DNA of 52,750 bases. Origin: a virus. Taxonomy: Duplodnaviria > Caudoviricetes. The first letter of the stretch is position 1. Every line of letters begins with the position of its first letter. The position numbers were made by a program, and so were the translations under genes. Positions 8,789 to 19,460 of this stretch are shown here, one piece after another. Location: positions 1 to 52,750 of the IMG/VR virus record IMGVR_UViG_3300032308_001864; one strand, 5' to 3'. Under the pieces are notes generated by a model. It saw only the letters and a list, made by a program, of their open reading frames with translations, searched no databases and was not told the origin of the DNA.

Positions 8789-10144
8789 TTAATCATTTAA
8801 TCGTATGAATTTTTTTCGTATAGTAGTTATCTCCTCATCTTCAAAACCGGCATGAGAATTCTTACTAGAATTGTCATCTTCCTGGTATTCTTCTTCTGAT
8901 ATATCTATATATCCTCGGTCTAAATCTATTTTAGCACTATAGGCCATCCCATCCTTACCTAATCGGGATTTCATAATATGAAATATACCGGTGCCAGATA
9001 ATTTGTCTTTTCTTCTTCTAGAAAGAGATATACTAAGATCGGCAATCATCATTTTGCCATAAGAACCGGCAACTTTGTCACCTTCTATAATCTCATCTTT
9101 TGACCCCATCCTATTAATTTGGGATGGACACACTATTGGTATTTTTAGTTCTTTGGCTAATCCTTTTATTTCAGTATATACATCATCAATTTCTTCTTTT
9201 ACATCACGTCTAGATTTTCTAACTTTTAACAAATCCGGATAATCTATTATAATTAAATCCGGTTTAAATGATAAAGTAGATTCTAACTGCGATAAATGTG
9301 ATTCAATTGTATCTAAAGAAGCTTTTTTAGGAGAATACTCTTTTATGACTATTTTACCAGGAATCTGTGATACAGCTTTCTCAACTTCTTCTCTACAATC
9401 TTTCAATTTTTTAACCTCAATACCTGTAAGAATAGAGTCTATCTTTTTACCAACATAATTGTCTGATAATTCCAAGGTATAAAAAACTACTTTATATCCC
9501 ATTTTAATGGCGTGTGCTGCCATATTACAAACAACTGTTGATTTACCTATACCCGGGGGGGCAAATAAAAGCATTAAATCCCCTGTACCTATACCGCCAT
9601 CCGTTATATCATTAAAAACTTTCCATGGGAAAGGTACTATCTTCCGTTCAGATTCCCTGAATCTAGATTCTATATCTTTATCATATTCGTGGCCAATATC
9701 TTTAGGTGACCCAGCTTTTAATGCGTCGTCAATAAGTCTTCGTATATCTCCGTACTCACCCGCTTGAAGCAAGTCAACAGAGGTCAACAATGCTTCTTTC
9801 AATCTTTGGTTTTTACAGAAATTAACAAATTCTTCTTTTACATATTCTATATCTTCTTGTGTCGTCGTATACGCTTCTCTAAGATCTTCCTTTATAGCGA
9901 ATTGTAATACTTCGTTCTTTAATTTTTTTAATTCTAATTTTAAAACTTCCATGGTAGGATTAGAATGATATTTTTTAAAATAATCTAATATCTTTTCAAT
10001 AATCCATTTATGAGAAGGTGATTCAAAATATTCAGGTGATAAAACATCAAATATCTCTGATAAAAACTTTTTATCGCTTAATAATGAATATAAAACCTTT
10101 GTTTGGAATTGTCTTCCATATTGATTTAAACGTTCTGCCGTCAT
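8789..10144 (-). CDS. Replicative DnaB-family helicase (T4 gp41-like)
   Basis: Walker A APPGIGKST, YTLELS, Walker B IIIDYPD, SQINR, KSRLG. Confidence 0.95.
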   Translation of the reverse strand: MTAERLNQYGRQFQTKVLYSLLSDKKFLSEIFDVLSPEYFESPSHKWIIEKILDYFKKYHSNPTMEVLKLELKKLKNEVLQFAIKEDLREAYTTTQEDIEYVKEEFVNFCKNQRLKEALLTSVDLLQAGEYGDIRRLIDDALKAGSPKDIGHEYDKDIESRFRESERKIVPFPWKVFNDITDGGIGTGDLMLLFAPPGIGKSTVVCNMAAHAIKMGYKVVFYTLELSDNYVGKKIDSILTGIEVKKLKDCREEVEKAVSQIPGKIVIKEYSPKKASLDTIESHLSQLESTLSFKPDLIIIDYPDLLKVRKSRRDVKEEIDDVYTEIKGLAKELKIPIVCPSQINRMGSKDEIIEGDKVAGSYGKMMIADLSISLSRRRKDKLSGTGIFHIMKSRLGKDGMAYSAKIDLDRGYIDISEEEYQEDDNSSKNSHAGFEDEEITTIRKKFIRLND

Positions 10145-10152
10145 ATACTATT

Positions 10153-11193
10153 TTATTTATAACTATTTAATGTCGAAAATATGTCTAACCAAGTTTCTAT
10201 ATTTTGCATAGACCCATCCAACTTATCTTTATGATACATTTTAATAAAATCTAATTTTCTAAGAGAACCAGTCGGTCTAAAAAACTGTCTTCTAATATCA
10301 TCGATATCAGAATCACAAATTGTAGGTTCTTTTAAATTCATTATTTTATAAAATATCTCAACCCTGTTACTACTATTTAATATTCTTTCATACAAGACAG
10401 ATTTTTTTGGGGGATTTTCGCAAATATCATACAAATCTTGTAATTTTTTTTCACTATTTTCTTTTAAAATTTCAAAAAGAACTGTTACGTTCTTTTCTCC
10501 TATGCCTTCCACACCGGGAATGTTATCAGAATCGTCACCTATCAAAGTTTTATATAATAAAAAATTGCTCGGATGAACATTATAATCTTGAATTACAGCT
10601 TCTTCATTATACATTCTCTTCTTTTTAGGAGAAAATACCTTAACACGATCATTTACTAACTGTAAAAAATCAGTATCTGTTGAAACAATGATAGTTTGAC
10701 TATCTTCGTAATCTTTATATATTTTATTTGCAAGATAACCTATAATATCGTCTGCTTCCAATTTATCAATGCACATACAAGTCACTGGTAAAAAATTTAA
10801 ATAATCCATTAAACGGACCATCTCATTGTATTTTGCCTCTTGTTCTTCATCGACGTTATTAAAAGACTTAAAATTAACAGTCCTTTTCTTATCTCTCTTG
10901 CCTTTATACTCAGGAAAAATAAATTTTCTAGAGGTTGAGCCATCTTCACCATCAAATACTATTATTACCCTAGTAGGTGAATGTAGTTTGACTAAGTACC
11001 CGATAGATCTTAAAAACCCTGTTAAGCCGCCAATATGATGGCCACTAACATTACTTTTATTTATAGCAGAAAAACTTCGCAGAAAGGTGTTTAACCCGTC
11101 TACTATTAAAACCCTGCTATTTTGATGATAGCGTATTTGTCTATCCTCGGGTTTTATATTGTTAAAAATGTCAAGCAATCGATTTTTATTCAT
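10153..11193 (-). CDS. 5'-3' exonuclease / flap endonuclease (T4 RNase H or Pol I N-terminal-like)
   Basis: LIVDGLN, IVFDG, PEYKGKR, EADDIIG, STDTDFLQLV, helix-hairpin GDDSDNIPGVEGIGEK. Confidence 0.95.
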   Translation of the reverse strand: MNKNRLLDIFNNIKPEDRQIRYHQNSRVLIVDGLNTFLRSFSAINKSNVSGHHIGGLTGFLRSIGYLVKLHSPTRVIIVFDGEDGSTSRKFIFPEYKGKRDKKRTVNFKSFNNVDEEQEAKYNEMVRLMDYLNFLPVTCMCIDKLEADDIIGYLANKIYKDYEDSQTIIVSTDTDFLQLVNDRVKVFSPKKKRMYNEEAVIQDYNVHPSNFLLYKTLIGDDSDNIPGVEGIGEKNVTVLFEILKENSEKKLQDLYDICENPPKKSVLYERILNSSNRVEIFYKIMNLKEPTICDSDIDDIRRQFFRPTGSLRKLDFIKMYHKDKLDGSMQNIETWLDIFSTLNSYK

Positions 11194-11195
11194 TT

Positions 11196-12305
11196 TTATT
11201 CTTCTGTTAAATCATCATATCCCACAGCAAAATCTTCTTCAATATCAGCTTCTTCAATAATTTCAAAATCATCTGATTTAAGAATGTTCAACCATTCGTT
11301 CCTACGAGCTTTCTTATAACTGTCTATAGATTTGGGTGTATCTTCAATAAATCCATAAGGAGTCATTATAATTCTAGTAGTAGATGTAGCATCGGTCATA
11401 TGATTTTTATCTACAGAAATTTTAGTTCTTTTAGCAAAAGTCACTTTAAGACCATTCTTTATAGCTTCAATTTTAGATGTGCCCGAATTAGTAATATTAC
11501 CAAAAGTTACAACTAAAGAAGCGTCCCAATACATTGCATCACCAGCTTTATTACGCATTTTAGGTTTCTCATTTGGATTACCGATAGGATATTCGACACG
11601 AATTTTATTTACCACAATAAAAGTGTTCGTAAATTTAGACTCGGGTTTACGTGTCATAGTGAACATCTGATTAACATAGTTACCAAATTGTGTAGCCATG
11701 GCAGCAGCGTTCCACATAGCGTTATTTTTACCTGAATCTAAAGATTGCTGAGACGGTATAGAACCGGCAGAATCCCATAAAAATACTAAATCGTAAGGAA
11801 GCTTACCTTTCTTTTGATCATCAAATAATGATGTGATAAAAGCGGCAATATCTTCAATGCAATTTAAATTACTTCTATCAACGTAAATAAAATTACCACT
11901 ATAAGTAACCTCACCTGTTTCTAGGTCAGGAACAATATCAGCTTGAAACCCCATTTGAATTGCGTGTTCCCAAGACCACTTCATTTCTGTTATTATAAAA
12001 ACAGGAAGTTTTCCCGCTTGTTGTGTTGCAATAGCTGCTTCAACCATAGCAGTAGTCTTTCCTGTATCAGAGTGTCCTCTAATAATAGTTATGTGACCTA
12101 GGGGTACTCCAGGTAACCCTATTGAGTTATTAAACGCGGGCGATAACGGTAACCATTCTTGTGGTTTAAATCTAGCAGAATGTAAGATATTTCTACCTTT
12201 TTTATAATCGTCGAGATTAAAAGAAAAAGAATTTTTTTTCTTCACTGCTTTCGACGCGGCAGTTTTCAAATTTTCATTTGAAAGTTCAGTTTCCACTTTA
12301 GGCAT
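11196..12305 (-). CDS. RecA/UvsX-like recombinase
   Basis: GLPGVPLGHIT, Walker A GHSDTGKTT, Walker B FLWDSAGS. Start set at MPKVET (12305) because the longer start overlaps the upstream hairpin. Confidence 0.88.
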   Translation of the reverse strand: MPKVETELSNENLKTAASKAVKKKNSFSFNLDDYKKGRNILHSARFKPQEWLPLSPAFNNSIGLPGVPLGHITIIRGHSDTGKTTAMVEAAIATQQAGKLPVFIITEMKWSWEHAIQMGFQADIVPDLETGEVTYSGNFIYVDRSNLNCIEDIAAFITSLFDDQKKGKLPYDLVFLWDSAGSIPSQQSLDSGKNNAMWNAAAMATQFGNYVNQMFTMTRKPESKFTNTFIVVNKIRVEYPIGNPNEKPKMRNKAGDAMYWDASLVVTFGNITNSGTSKIEAIKNGLKVTFAKRTKISVDKNHMTDATSTTRIIMTPYGFIEDTPKSIDSYKKARRNEWLNILKSDDFEIIEEADIEEDFAVGYDDLTEE

Positions 12306-12325
12306 TTTAAATTTATTTATTTTAT

Positions 12326-12365
12326 AAAAGAGAAACATATAGGGGGAAATAATTCCCCCTTATAT
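12326..12365 (-). terminator. Intrinsic terminator-like hairpin between ssb and recA
   Basis: 8-bp stem AGGGGGAA/TTCCCCCT (12341-12360) with a 4-nt loop, followed on the minus strand by ATATGTTTCTCTTTT. Confidence 0.65.
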
Positions 12366-12388
12366 TTCATAAATAACAACCAACAAAA

Positions 12389-13345
12389 TTAATTATCGTC
12401 ACCCTCAAACATATCATCAAACTTAGATTTGATATTTGCTTTCTTAGGATTTTTGACTTTATTAATATCTACTACGGGTCTTTGTACTTTTACCGGTAAT
12501 TCTTCTTCTTCTTCCTCATCCTCTTCACCATCTTCATCTTCAAAAGCAAAAGGTTTTACTTCTTTTGAATATGATGGGGCGGACTTACTATATTTAGGAG
12601 CTTCCTTTTTTTCGGGAACGTCTACGACTTCGTCATCTTCTGATGTGTCATTTTGTTCTCCCTCGGGATTCATCCATTGATTAAACATATCTTTAATCTC
12701 AGCAAATGAATACTTTTTATATAAGGAAAAAATATCCACTTGACTTTCTAACCATTCTTCAATCTGCTTAGATTGTTTGGATAATGGAGTAGAATTTCTT
12801 TTAGGTGTAATATTAACAGCAATATAAGATACTTCTCTTTTACCAATTTTAACAGAGTCATTATAACCCTCTACAGTAAGATCGGTACCAGTATTGATAT
12901 CTTCAATATCACCATAATCTTCATTAGCCATGATAGATAAAATTTTCTCATATGTGGTCTTATTAAATTTCCACAGGCGAACACCGGCTTCGGGTTCTTC
13001 ACGAACTACTACATGTGCGTAGTATTCAGTCTTAGGTTGAATTTTTTTAGCCAAATCGCGGCTTTCGTCTGTACCATCATTATACAGTTCTCTTACTAAT
13101 TCTACGACTGGATCTTTTTCACCAAAATTCTTTAGGGAATAGATGCTTTTTTTGAACACGTTGTACTGATGGAAATCCACTTGAATAAAGGGATCTTCGC
13201 TGTTTAGCTTGTTTGGTAGGATTCTTACTGTCTGAGAACCCAATTTAGGTTTCCAAAAAATCTTGGAGTAATCGGTTTTTTCATAGGAACCACCTTTTGT
13301 CTGAAATTTGTTTAATCTCTGTTTGATTAAATCTAGATTTGCCAT
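12389..13345 (-). CDS. Single-stranded DNA-binding protein (T4 gp32-like)
   Basis: FWKPKLGSQTVRILP, DPVVE, GVRLWKF, YGDIEDINTGTDL; long acidic C-terminal tail; next to the recombinase. Confidence 0.85.
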   Translation of the reverse strand: MANLDLIKQRLNKFQTKGGSYEKTDYSKIFWKPKLGSQTVRILPNKLNSEDPFIQVDFHQYNVFKKSIYSLKNFGEKDPVVELVRELYNDGTDESRDLAKKIQPKTEYYAHVVVREEPEAGVRLWKFNKTTYEKILSIMANEDYGDIEDINTGTDLTVEGYNDSVKIGKREVSYIAVNITPKRNSTPLSKQSKQIEEWLESQVDIFSLYKKYSFAEIKDMFNQWMNPEGEQNDTSEDDEVVDVPEKKEAPKYSKSAPSYSKEVKPFAFEDEDGEEDEEEEEELPVKVQRPVVDINKVKNPKKANIKSKFDDMFEGDDN

Positions 13346-13385
13346 AACTTAATTTATTTATGATTGTTAAAAACTTATTTATATG

Positions 13386-13417
13386 CAAATATACAACCTT
13401 TTTTAGGTAAAACCAAA
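13386..13417 (-). promoter_or_regulatory. Bacteroidota primary-sigma promoter upstream of ssb
   Basis: TTTG (13417-13414), 20 nt spacer, TATATTTG (13393-13386). Confidence 0.85.
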
Positions 13418-13441
13418 TTTTTCTTAAATAATATTTTGATA

Positions 13442-13867
13442 TTAAATATTATTTAGATTTATTATGGTGTTTATTTTTGTAGTATATTTACAGAAATCCC
13501 CTTCTTTAGTGAGGAGAATACTATTTCTATAATTACCCCAGGAAATGGGATAATTTCTATCTAAAACCCCGCCATTCAACGATTCTATTAATTTATTTAA
13601 AGAATTTATTGTATATAATACATTATATTCTTTACGTCTATGCATCAAAATAGTATTATTTATAATATTTTCCTTGTTTATATTTACGGAATCTATATTA
13701 TATGTGCATATAAGTTCATTTGTATCAGAAATATCCAACACAAATATCTTACCGAATAAGATATTGTAATTTTCTTGAATGAAATTTATTGTTTTTTGTA
13801 ACTCCTCTTTAGTCGTAAAAGTACAAAATAATTTGTTTCCCAACTCTTCTATATTATTAAAATACAT
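13442..13867 (-). CDS. Hypothetical phage protein (141 aa)
   Basis: Intact co-directional ORF in the replication module; function not recognised. Confidence 0.75.
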   Translation of the reverse strand: MYFNNIEELGNKLFCTFTTKEELQKTINFIQENYNILFGKIFVLDISDTNELICTYNIDSVNINKENIINNTILMHRRKEYNVLYTINSLNKLIESLNGGVLDRNYPISWGNYRNSILLTKEGDFCKYTTKINTIINLNNI

Positions 13868-13902
13868 ATATAAATATCTAATTTTTTATATTAAAAATAA
13901 AT

Positions 13903-15243
13903 TTATTTTAATTCTTTTAAACTGCCGTAATTTTTACCATATTTGGTAGAAACTGGGTAACCATCTTGCTCTAATATATTATTAATATCTAATAATAAGT
14001 GTTTACCGTCATTCTTAGAATAATCTAATAAAAAAGAATCATACGTATATAATACTAGCTTTGTTTCCATACCATTTAAACGCTCTTGCAATTCATTTAA
14101 TACTAAAATGTTTCTTTCCGTTTCATAAAACTGCATTAGATAGGGAAGCAACTGATTTTTATTTTCAATATTGTAAATAGGTCTTTTTGATATGTGCGTG
14201 TTAATATATTTATTTTCTTGATAAAAAGCCCACATCTCTTCTTTCATATCTTTTATTAGAGAGAAAAAAGGTATTTCGGTAAAATCATTTATAATTTTTT
14301 CATTATATAGTATTTTAAAAGTTATCTGCTTACTTTGGTCATATTCTTCTTCCGACAACACTTCTTTTTTAAAGTAGAATTTACCTAAAAAAGTATGAAT
14401 ATCATCGTCAGGGAACTCATATCCAACCATCTTAGATAAGATTTTTATATGATATGAAGAATAATCAAATTCTATTAAATAGTCGTTTTCACATAAAATA
14501 CACTTCCTAGCTTCACCTTCTTTAGGAAAAGACGTAAAATTCAAATTATTAAAGCTATTTGATGGTCTACCGGCAAGAGTAAAAAGATTGTAATTGGTGT
14601 ATACTTTACTGTCTTTTATTGAAAAATCTCGTGTGCCTATATTAACAGAATTTAAAAATCTATCTTCATCTATCAAAAGACCATTTTTCTCTATATTATG
14701 AAATATATTATTAGTAAAATAACTATAAAATTTATAATATTTTTGTTCAAAAATCTTCTTATTTACTTTAAAAGAAGAATAAATATTCTCATATTTTTCA
14801 TAGTGCTTAGATATAGGTATAATATTATTAATATTTTTAATATCGTTACACTTGGAATAGTAAAAATTGTGTGCCGGAGTGTTAAAAACATCCTCTTTAA
14901 ATATCTCGGTTGATTCAAAATATTTGGCTGTCTTTAAACAAAGAATATTAATATTTTCGTTAAAAAAATATAATATTTTCTTTATATTTGCAGTATAGAT
15001 TTTATCAAGCTTTGTTTTTAAGGCTTCTATAACTTCTTCAAATGGTAAACCAAAAGACTCGGTGTGGTCTATGGAAATTATAAAACCTTTCTTAGATATA
15101 AAAGGTTTTATATATATTAGAGATACTTCGGAAATAGATGGGTGGTAGTTATCATTATTTAATATAATATCTAAATAGCAAGAAGACAAATCAAACTCAG
15201 TAAAATCACGTAACTGTTCGGTATTTTCTATAATATAATACAT
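13903..15243 (-). CDS. Compact family A DNA polymerase-like protein
   Basis: AGRPS, motif A LIEFDYSSYHIKIL, DDIHTFLG, motif B SKQITFKILY, motif C LVLYTYDSFLLD, terminal KYGKNYGSL; degenerate N-terminal exonuclease-like region. Confidence 0.8.
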   Translation of the reverse strand: MYYIIENTEQLRDFTEFDLSSCYLDIILNNDNYHPSISEVSLIYIKPFISKKGFIISIDHTESFGLPFEEVIEALKTKLDKIYTANIKKILYFFNENINILCLKTAKYFESTEIFKEDVFNTPAHNFYYSKCNDIKNINNIIPISKHYEKYENIYSSFKVNKKIFEQKYYKFYSYFTNNIFHNIEKNGLLIDEDRFLNSVNIGTRDFSIKDSKVYTNYNLFTLAGRPSNSFNNLNFTSFPKEGEARKCILCENDYLIEFDYSSYHIKILSKMVGYEFPDDDIHTFLGKFYFKKEVLSEEEYDQSKQITFKILYNEKIINDFTEIPFFSLIKDMKEEMWAFYQENKYINTHISKRPIYNIENKNQLLPYLMQFYETERNILVLNELQERLNGMETKLVLYTYDSFLLDYSKNDGKHLLLDINNILEQDGYPVSTKYGKNYGSLKELK

Positions 15244-15275
15244 ATTTTAATATAACCTTTATTTTTGTAACTATG

Positions 15276-15306
15276 CAAATATACGACAAAATAACCCAAT
15301 TACAAA
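15276..15306 (-). promoter_or_regulatory. Bacteroidota primary-sigma promoter upstream of the polA-like gene
   Basis: TTTG (15306-15303), 19 nt spacer, TATATTTG (15283-15276). Confidence 0.75.
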
Positions 15307-15854
15307 ATATTTTTGTAATATTGTATGGGATTTTGTAAATATTCTGTTATTCCTGGTATAGTTCGCTCCGATGATTTTATAGACTGTCTATTGAAATATA
15401 TGACATCTTCTATAGAATATCTTGATATTCTCCACATCATTTTTGTGTGGCAATATAAAACATTTTTTGAAAAATAGTCGTACTGGGCGAGATTTATTTC
15501 TATTATGTCTTTAGTAGAACTATTGACTCTATTTATAAAATACCTATACATATACCCATCATCATATTCATCAGCAGTCGGTAATGTTGGGTTAAATATG
15601 GGTGAGTAGTTTATATTTTTTTTGTCTTTATTAGTTATAAAATTATATTTATGTTGCTCCGAATTAAGACTTGGTGAAGATAAATCTAATTTTATTATTT
15701 CTTTATTATCACCCGTATAGGTTGGACCAGTAAAATATTTTCCATCGTATGCAGAAAAATATTTACCCTTATACGCTTTTAACGAGTCTTTTAGAACAAA
15801 CTCCCCTTCTGGCGCATTAAGATCTTCTATTATTTTATTCTTTGGGTAATACAT
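15300..15854 (-). CDS. Hypothetical protein, last gene of the tail module
   Basis: Intact 184-aa ORF directly after the hub-like gene. Confidence 0.75.
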   Translation of the reverse strand: MYYPKNKIIEDLNAPEGEFVLKDSLKAYKGKYFSAYDGKYFTGPTYTGDNKEIIKLDLSSPSLNSEQHKYNFITNKDKKNINYSPIFNPTLPTADEYDDGYMYRYFINRVNSSTKDIIEINLAQYDYFSKNVLYCHTKMMWRISRYSIEDVIYFNRQSIKSSERTIPGITEYLQNPIQYYKNIL

Positions 15855-15868
15855 TTTTTATAATGTGT

Positions 15869-18800
15869 TTATACAGATTTTCTATAATATTTTGTAAGAC
15901 CTCTATTATATTTTCCCGGTACGGCATTTGGCGTCGATATAAAATTGGTATAACTAATTTTATAACTATTAATTGCTATATTTGGGAAGTTTTTAGGAAA
16001 TTGAGATCTTTGTTTTATTTTACCGGTAACACCATCAGTCACTAAATTTATTAAAATAGTAGGAAAATAAAATCTATTTTGCTGACTTATGGCTTTTTGC
16101 ATTATAACAAAATTTTCATCAAAAAAAGTTTTTAAATTAAAATCTAAATTAGTGTAAAAATAATTATTTTTGATAATATAAGAAAGTATATTACTTCTAA
16201 AACTTTCTATTTCACTTTCGTTATATATTTTTGTACCAAATAAATCGGTTTTTTGCGGGAAATCTAATAATAAATTATAATAACCAGGTGGGATATTTGC
16301 ATAAATTTGATCTTTACTTGTAAGATCAATTTTTTGATCTATACCCAAACTTTTTTTAAATGGCGCTTCGGATGCTATTGATTTTGGGTCGGAGTTTATC
16401 CCATAAGTTAAAGCTTGACTAAAATAAAAATATACGGTTTCTAATGTGCTGCCATATGATGTATCAGAAAAGTTTTCAGAAATTATAGTTGATTGCAATA
16501 ATGAAGGCTCCGCTTTATCGGAGGAGGCCACTTCTCCAATATTAAATATTTTTTCACGAAAATATCGCATATTATTTATTGGATTATTCCCAGCAATATA
16601 TATTGTTGAATTATAAAAATCAGCTATAAATGCTACTAAAATATTATAATAAGTAACAGAAGATTTACTAATTTTAGTATTTTCAATTATTTGATTTTGT
16701 AATTCTTTTTTTGTAGTTTTTGATAAAGCAGTTATATTTTCTGAAAGCTTAAATTGATCTAGTAAACAGACTTGTGTCGATATAGTTGTAGTCCAATCAC
16801 CGTTTTCAATATTGTTAGATAAACCAGTTATAATAAATCCAACGTTTTTATTTTCGTATTCTTTAGGTAATACATCACTATTGACAGTAAATATTTCTCC
16901 TACAACCATCCCAGAGATGCCATCAATGGTTATTTCTAAATTTATAGGTATAATACCTTTGTAATTAGTAGTTTGATCTACTTTAACTAATAATGAATTT
17001 AACCAGCTATACGCAGAAGGTTTTATATTATCGTTATAGTCTAAAGTGACAACACCTTTTAAAAAATAATTTTCTACAATACTTTTTAATTTTAAAATAA
17101 TATCATTTGTTTTTATTTTTTCTCTTTCATTTTTCTCAGATATACCATTTTTATTATCATATTCAACTTTAGAAGACATTATTCTACTTCTTAACCCCTT
17201 ATTAAGATACGCCATAGTAGAAGATTCTACACTAGTGACATTTTCTCTATCTTGAGCTGCAACTGCAAACATGTTTGCTTGACTTGCAAAAATTTGAGTT
17301 TGCACATTATGAGTTCTAACTATTGAGTTAGTCCCGTTTAAATTTATTTTATATTTTTTTGAAGCATATGAATTTTCAGGATATTCAACATAGTGTTTAT
17401 CTATTATTACTATTTTTGAATCTTCTGTATATACGTCAAAATCATTTATGCCACCTAAAGCATAGCTACAATCTGCTAGTACTGCTTTTATTAGAGTCAA
17501 AACATCAGATACACCAGAATTTTTTATTAAATCTTTATATATATCCATTATTCTATGTAAACTAACATATATGTTTCCTATTACACCACAATAATAAATT
17601 ATATTATTTTTACTTTTAAAATCTACTAAAAAATTTTTAATCTGTTGTCTAGTCCCACCTTCTTTAGTTTTATCCGATATTTTTTTATACGTGTCATATG
17701 AATATCCTTTTAAACTTGGGATTGGACTTTGGAATATTGTAGATATTTCATTTTTTATTATACAAGATAGAGGATCTATTGAAATACTATTTTGCCCAGC
17801 CACACAAAGTCCGTTACCTTTATTTTTAGATAAAGGATCTTTTAAATTAGATGAATAAAAAGGCAATTCAATACTATACATTTTTTCCTGTTTTTCAGAA
17901 TATAAATTATTATATTCATCTAATATATGTAAAAAATATCCTAATTGAATAAAACCTTCAACATTTAAAGTATTACCGCTATCTTCACCTTTAGTATTAT
18001 CAGTTTTCTTTGGGGCTAAAAAACCTGTAATATAATTATAACCTACTAGGTCTTTTCTAGCCTCTTTAGTTGTGTCCCCAACTGACGGTTCCACAGAGGT
18101 AATATTTACTGAATTATTTATAGTGTATATATCAGTATCAATTACATTTTTATACTTTTCGGGTATATTATCGTTTATTTGTTTTATTACAGTATTATTT
18201 TCGTGACTACCAAAAGCTAATTTGTTCATCAATACTTCGAAATTGTCTTTTTTGGGCACATTTTGAGCTTCATTGCTGTCTGGATAGCCAGTGGCTGTGT
18301 TCATTCTTAATGATTCAATTACCTCGCCAATGCTTATTAACACAGTAGTACATTCATATCCACCATTTGGTAAAAGTCTTCTAGTAAAATTCTTAACAAA
18401 CCCCAACATTCCATCGTAATTGCCACAATATTTTCTTTTATTTAAATCTATTTTATCGTAAATTTCAAGTTGTGACATATTATTATTAAAAATATTGATA
18501 GTAGTCATATCATTACCGGGGTTTATTTTTATATCCGGAGTTTCAATATTTGCTAAGTCATGTTCATTAATAACATATTCGGTTATATCTTCTTTTTTAT
18601 TAAAAGTATCTAAAAAAACAGACCACCCCCATTCCAATAAAATTGGATAGAAAGGTCTCATATATAATATTTCTAGTTCTTCTAATTGTTTTTTATCCCA
18701 AGCATAGTAAGTTATAGTGGCTTCTCTTAAAGAACCATATGCACTTTTATTTTTTATCTCAATTTTTTTAATACCGGGCATTGGAACTAACCCGTATTCT

Positions 18801-19144
18801 CTACTCCAATCTGTGCTGCCGTAAACGGCATTTTTATTTGTACCGTCAGCAATACCTCTTCTTAATGTAAATCTTTTATCGTCATTGGGATCTATTTTTA
18901 AAGAGCCCCCAAATAAAACATATTTTTTAGCTAAATTAGACGAGTAATTTGGAGAATATGTATTATCATTCATTTTGTAGTTTGGGTCATAATCTACAAA
19001 AGATGTCATTTTTATCCAAGAAGATTTAGAAGATACATACTGCTGGAACTGGATAGGTCTGCGTCCCTGTATATTTAATAAGTCTTGGCGAGCTTTTATT
19101 TGTCTTACAACGTATCTTTTAAAAGAATTTTTAAATATGCTCAT
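15869..19144 (-). CDS. Putative baseplate hub protein (gp27/VgrG-like fold expected)
   Basis: 1091 aa; VPMPGIKKIEIK...GSLREATITY...LLEWGW...YDGMLGFV at the N-terminus and LEITIDGISG...FIITGLSNNIENGDWTTTI near aa 730-790; follows the gp53-like gene. Confidence 0.6.
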   Translation of the reverse strand: MSIFKNSFKRYVVRQIKARQDLLNIQGRRPIQFQQYVSSKSSWIKMTSFVDYDPNYKMNDNTYSPNYSSNLAKKYVLFGGSLKIDPNDDKRFTLRRGIADGTNKNAVYGSTDWSREYGLVPMPGIKKIEIKNKSAYGSLREATITYYAWDKKQLEELEILYMRPFYPILLEWGWSVFLDTFNKKEDITEYVINEHDLANIETPDIKINPGNDMTTINIFNNNMSQLEIYDKIDLNKRKYCGNYDGMLGFVKNFTRRLLPNGGYECTTVLISIGEVIESLRMNTATGYPDSNEAQNVPKKDNFEVLMNKLAFGSHENNTVIKQINDNIPEKYKNVIDTDIYTINNSVNITSVEPSVGDTTKEARKDLVGYNYITGFLAPKKTDNTKGEDSGNTLNVEGFIQLGYFLHILDEYNNLYSEKQEKMYSIELPFYSSNLKDPLSKNKGNGLCVAGQNSISIDPLSCIIKNEISTIFQSPIPSLKGYSYDTYKKISDKTKEGGTRQQIKNFLVDFKSKNNIIYYCGVIGNIYVSLHRIMDIYKDLIKNSGVSDVLTLIKAVLADCSYALGGINDFDVYTEDSKIVIIDKHYVEYPENSYASKKYKINLNGTNSIVRTHNVQTQIFASQANMFAVAAQDRENVTSVESSTMAYLNKGLRSRIMSSKVEYDNKNGISEKNEREKIKTNDIILKLKSIVENYFLKGVVTLDYNDNIKPSAYSWLNSLLVKVDQTTNYKGIIPINLEITIDGISGMVVGEIFTVNSDVLPKEYENKNVGFIITGLSNNIENGDWTTTISTQVCLLDQFKLSENITALSKTTKKELQNQIIENTKISKSSVTYYNILVAFIADFYNSTIYIAGNNPINNMRYFREKIFNIGEVASSDKAEPSLLQSTIISENFSDTSYGSTLETVYFYFSQALTYGINSDPKSIASEAPFKKSLGIDQKIDLTSKDQIYANIPPGYYNLLLDFPQKTDLFGTKIYNESEIESFRSNILSYIIKNNYFYTNLDFNLKTFFDENFVIMQKAISQQNRFYFPTILINLVTDGVTGKIKQRSQFPKNFPNIAINSYKISYTNFISTPNAVPGKYNRGLTKYYRKSV

Positions 19145-19158
19145 AAAAATAAAACTTA

Positions 19159-19458
19159 TTATAGATTGTTTATAATATTGAAATCTTCTTTTATTTTTTC
19201 TATATCGTATGGTATTCTTATTTGTGTACCAGGTGTTAAATATAGACTATCGCACTTTAAATTATTAGCTATAGCAATAATCCAATAGTAACTCATGTCA
19301 CTATAATAATTTAAAGCCAGTAAATCAAGACGATCATTTATAATAGATATAGTATAGATATCGTTGTCATTAAAATCTATAGTAGGATATTTTAATGCTT
19401 TATAGTACCTTATACCTTTAGAATCTTTTTTAATTTCTACGTCTCTATACCTATCCAT
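19159..19458 (-). CDS. LysM-like baseplate protein (T4 gp53 / P2 gpX-like)
   Basis: DRLDLLALNYYSDMSYYWIIAIANN...LTPGTQIRIP. Confidence 0.85.
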   Translation of the reverse strand: MDRYRDVEIKKDSKGIRYYKALKYPTIDFNDNDIYTISIINDRLDLLALNYYSDMSYYWIIAIANNLKCDSLYLTPGTQIRIPYDIEKIKEDFNIINNL

Positions 19459-19460
19459 TT

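Noticed and set aside
2441-10144. Introns, inteins or homing endonucleases in polB, nrdAB or the helicase
   Set aside because: ORFs are continuous and of normal or short length; no intein or endonuclease motifs seen.
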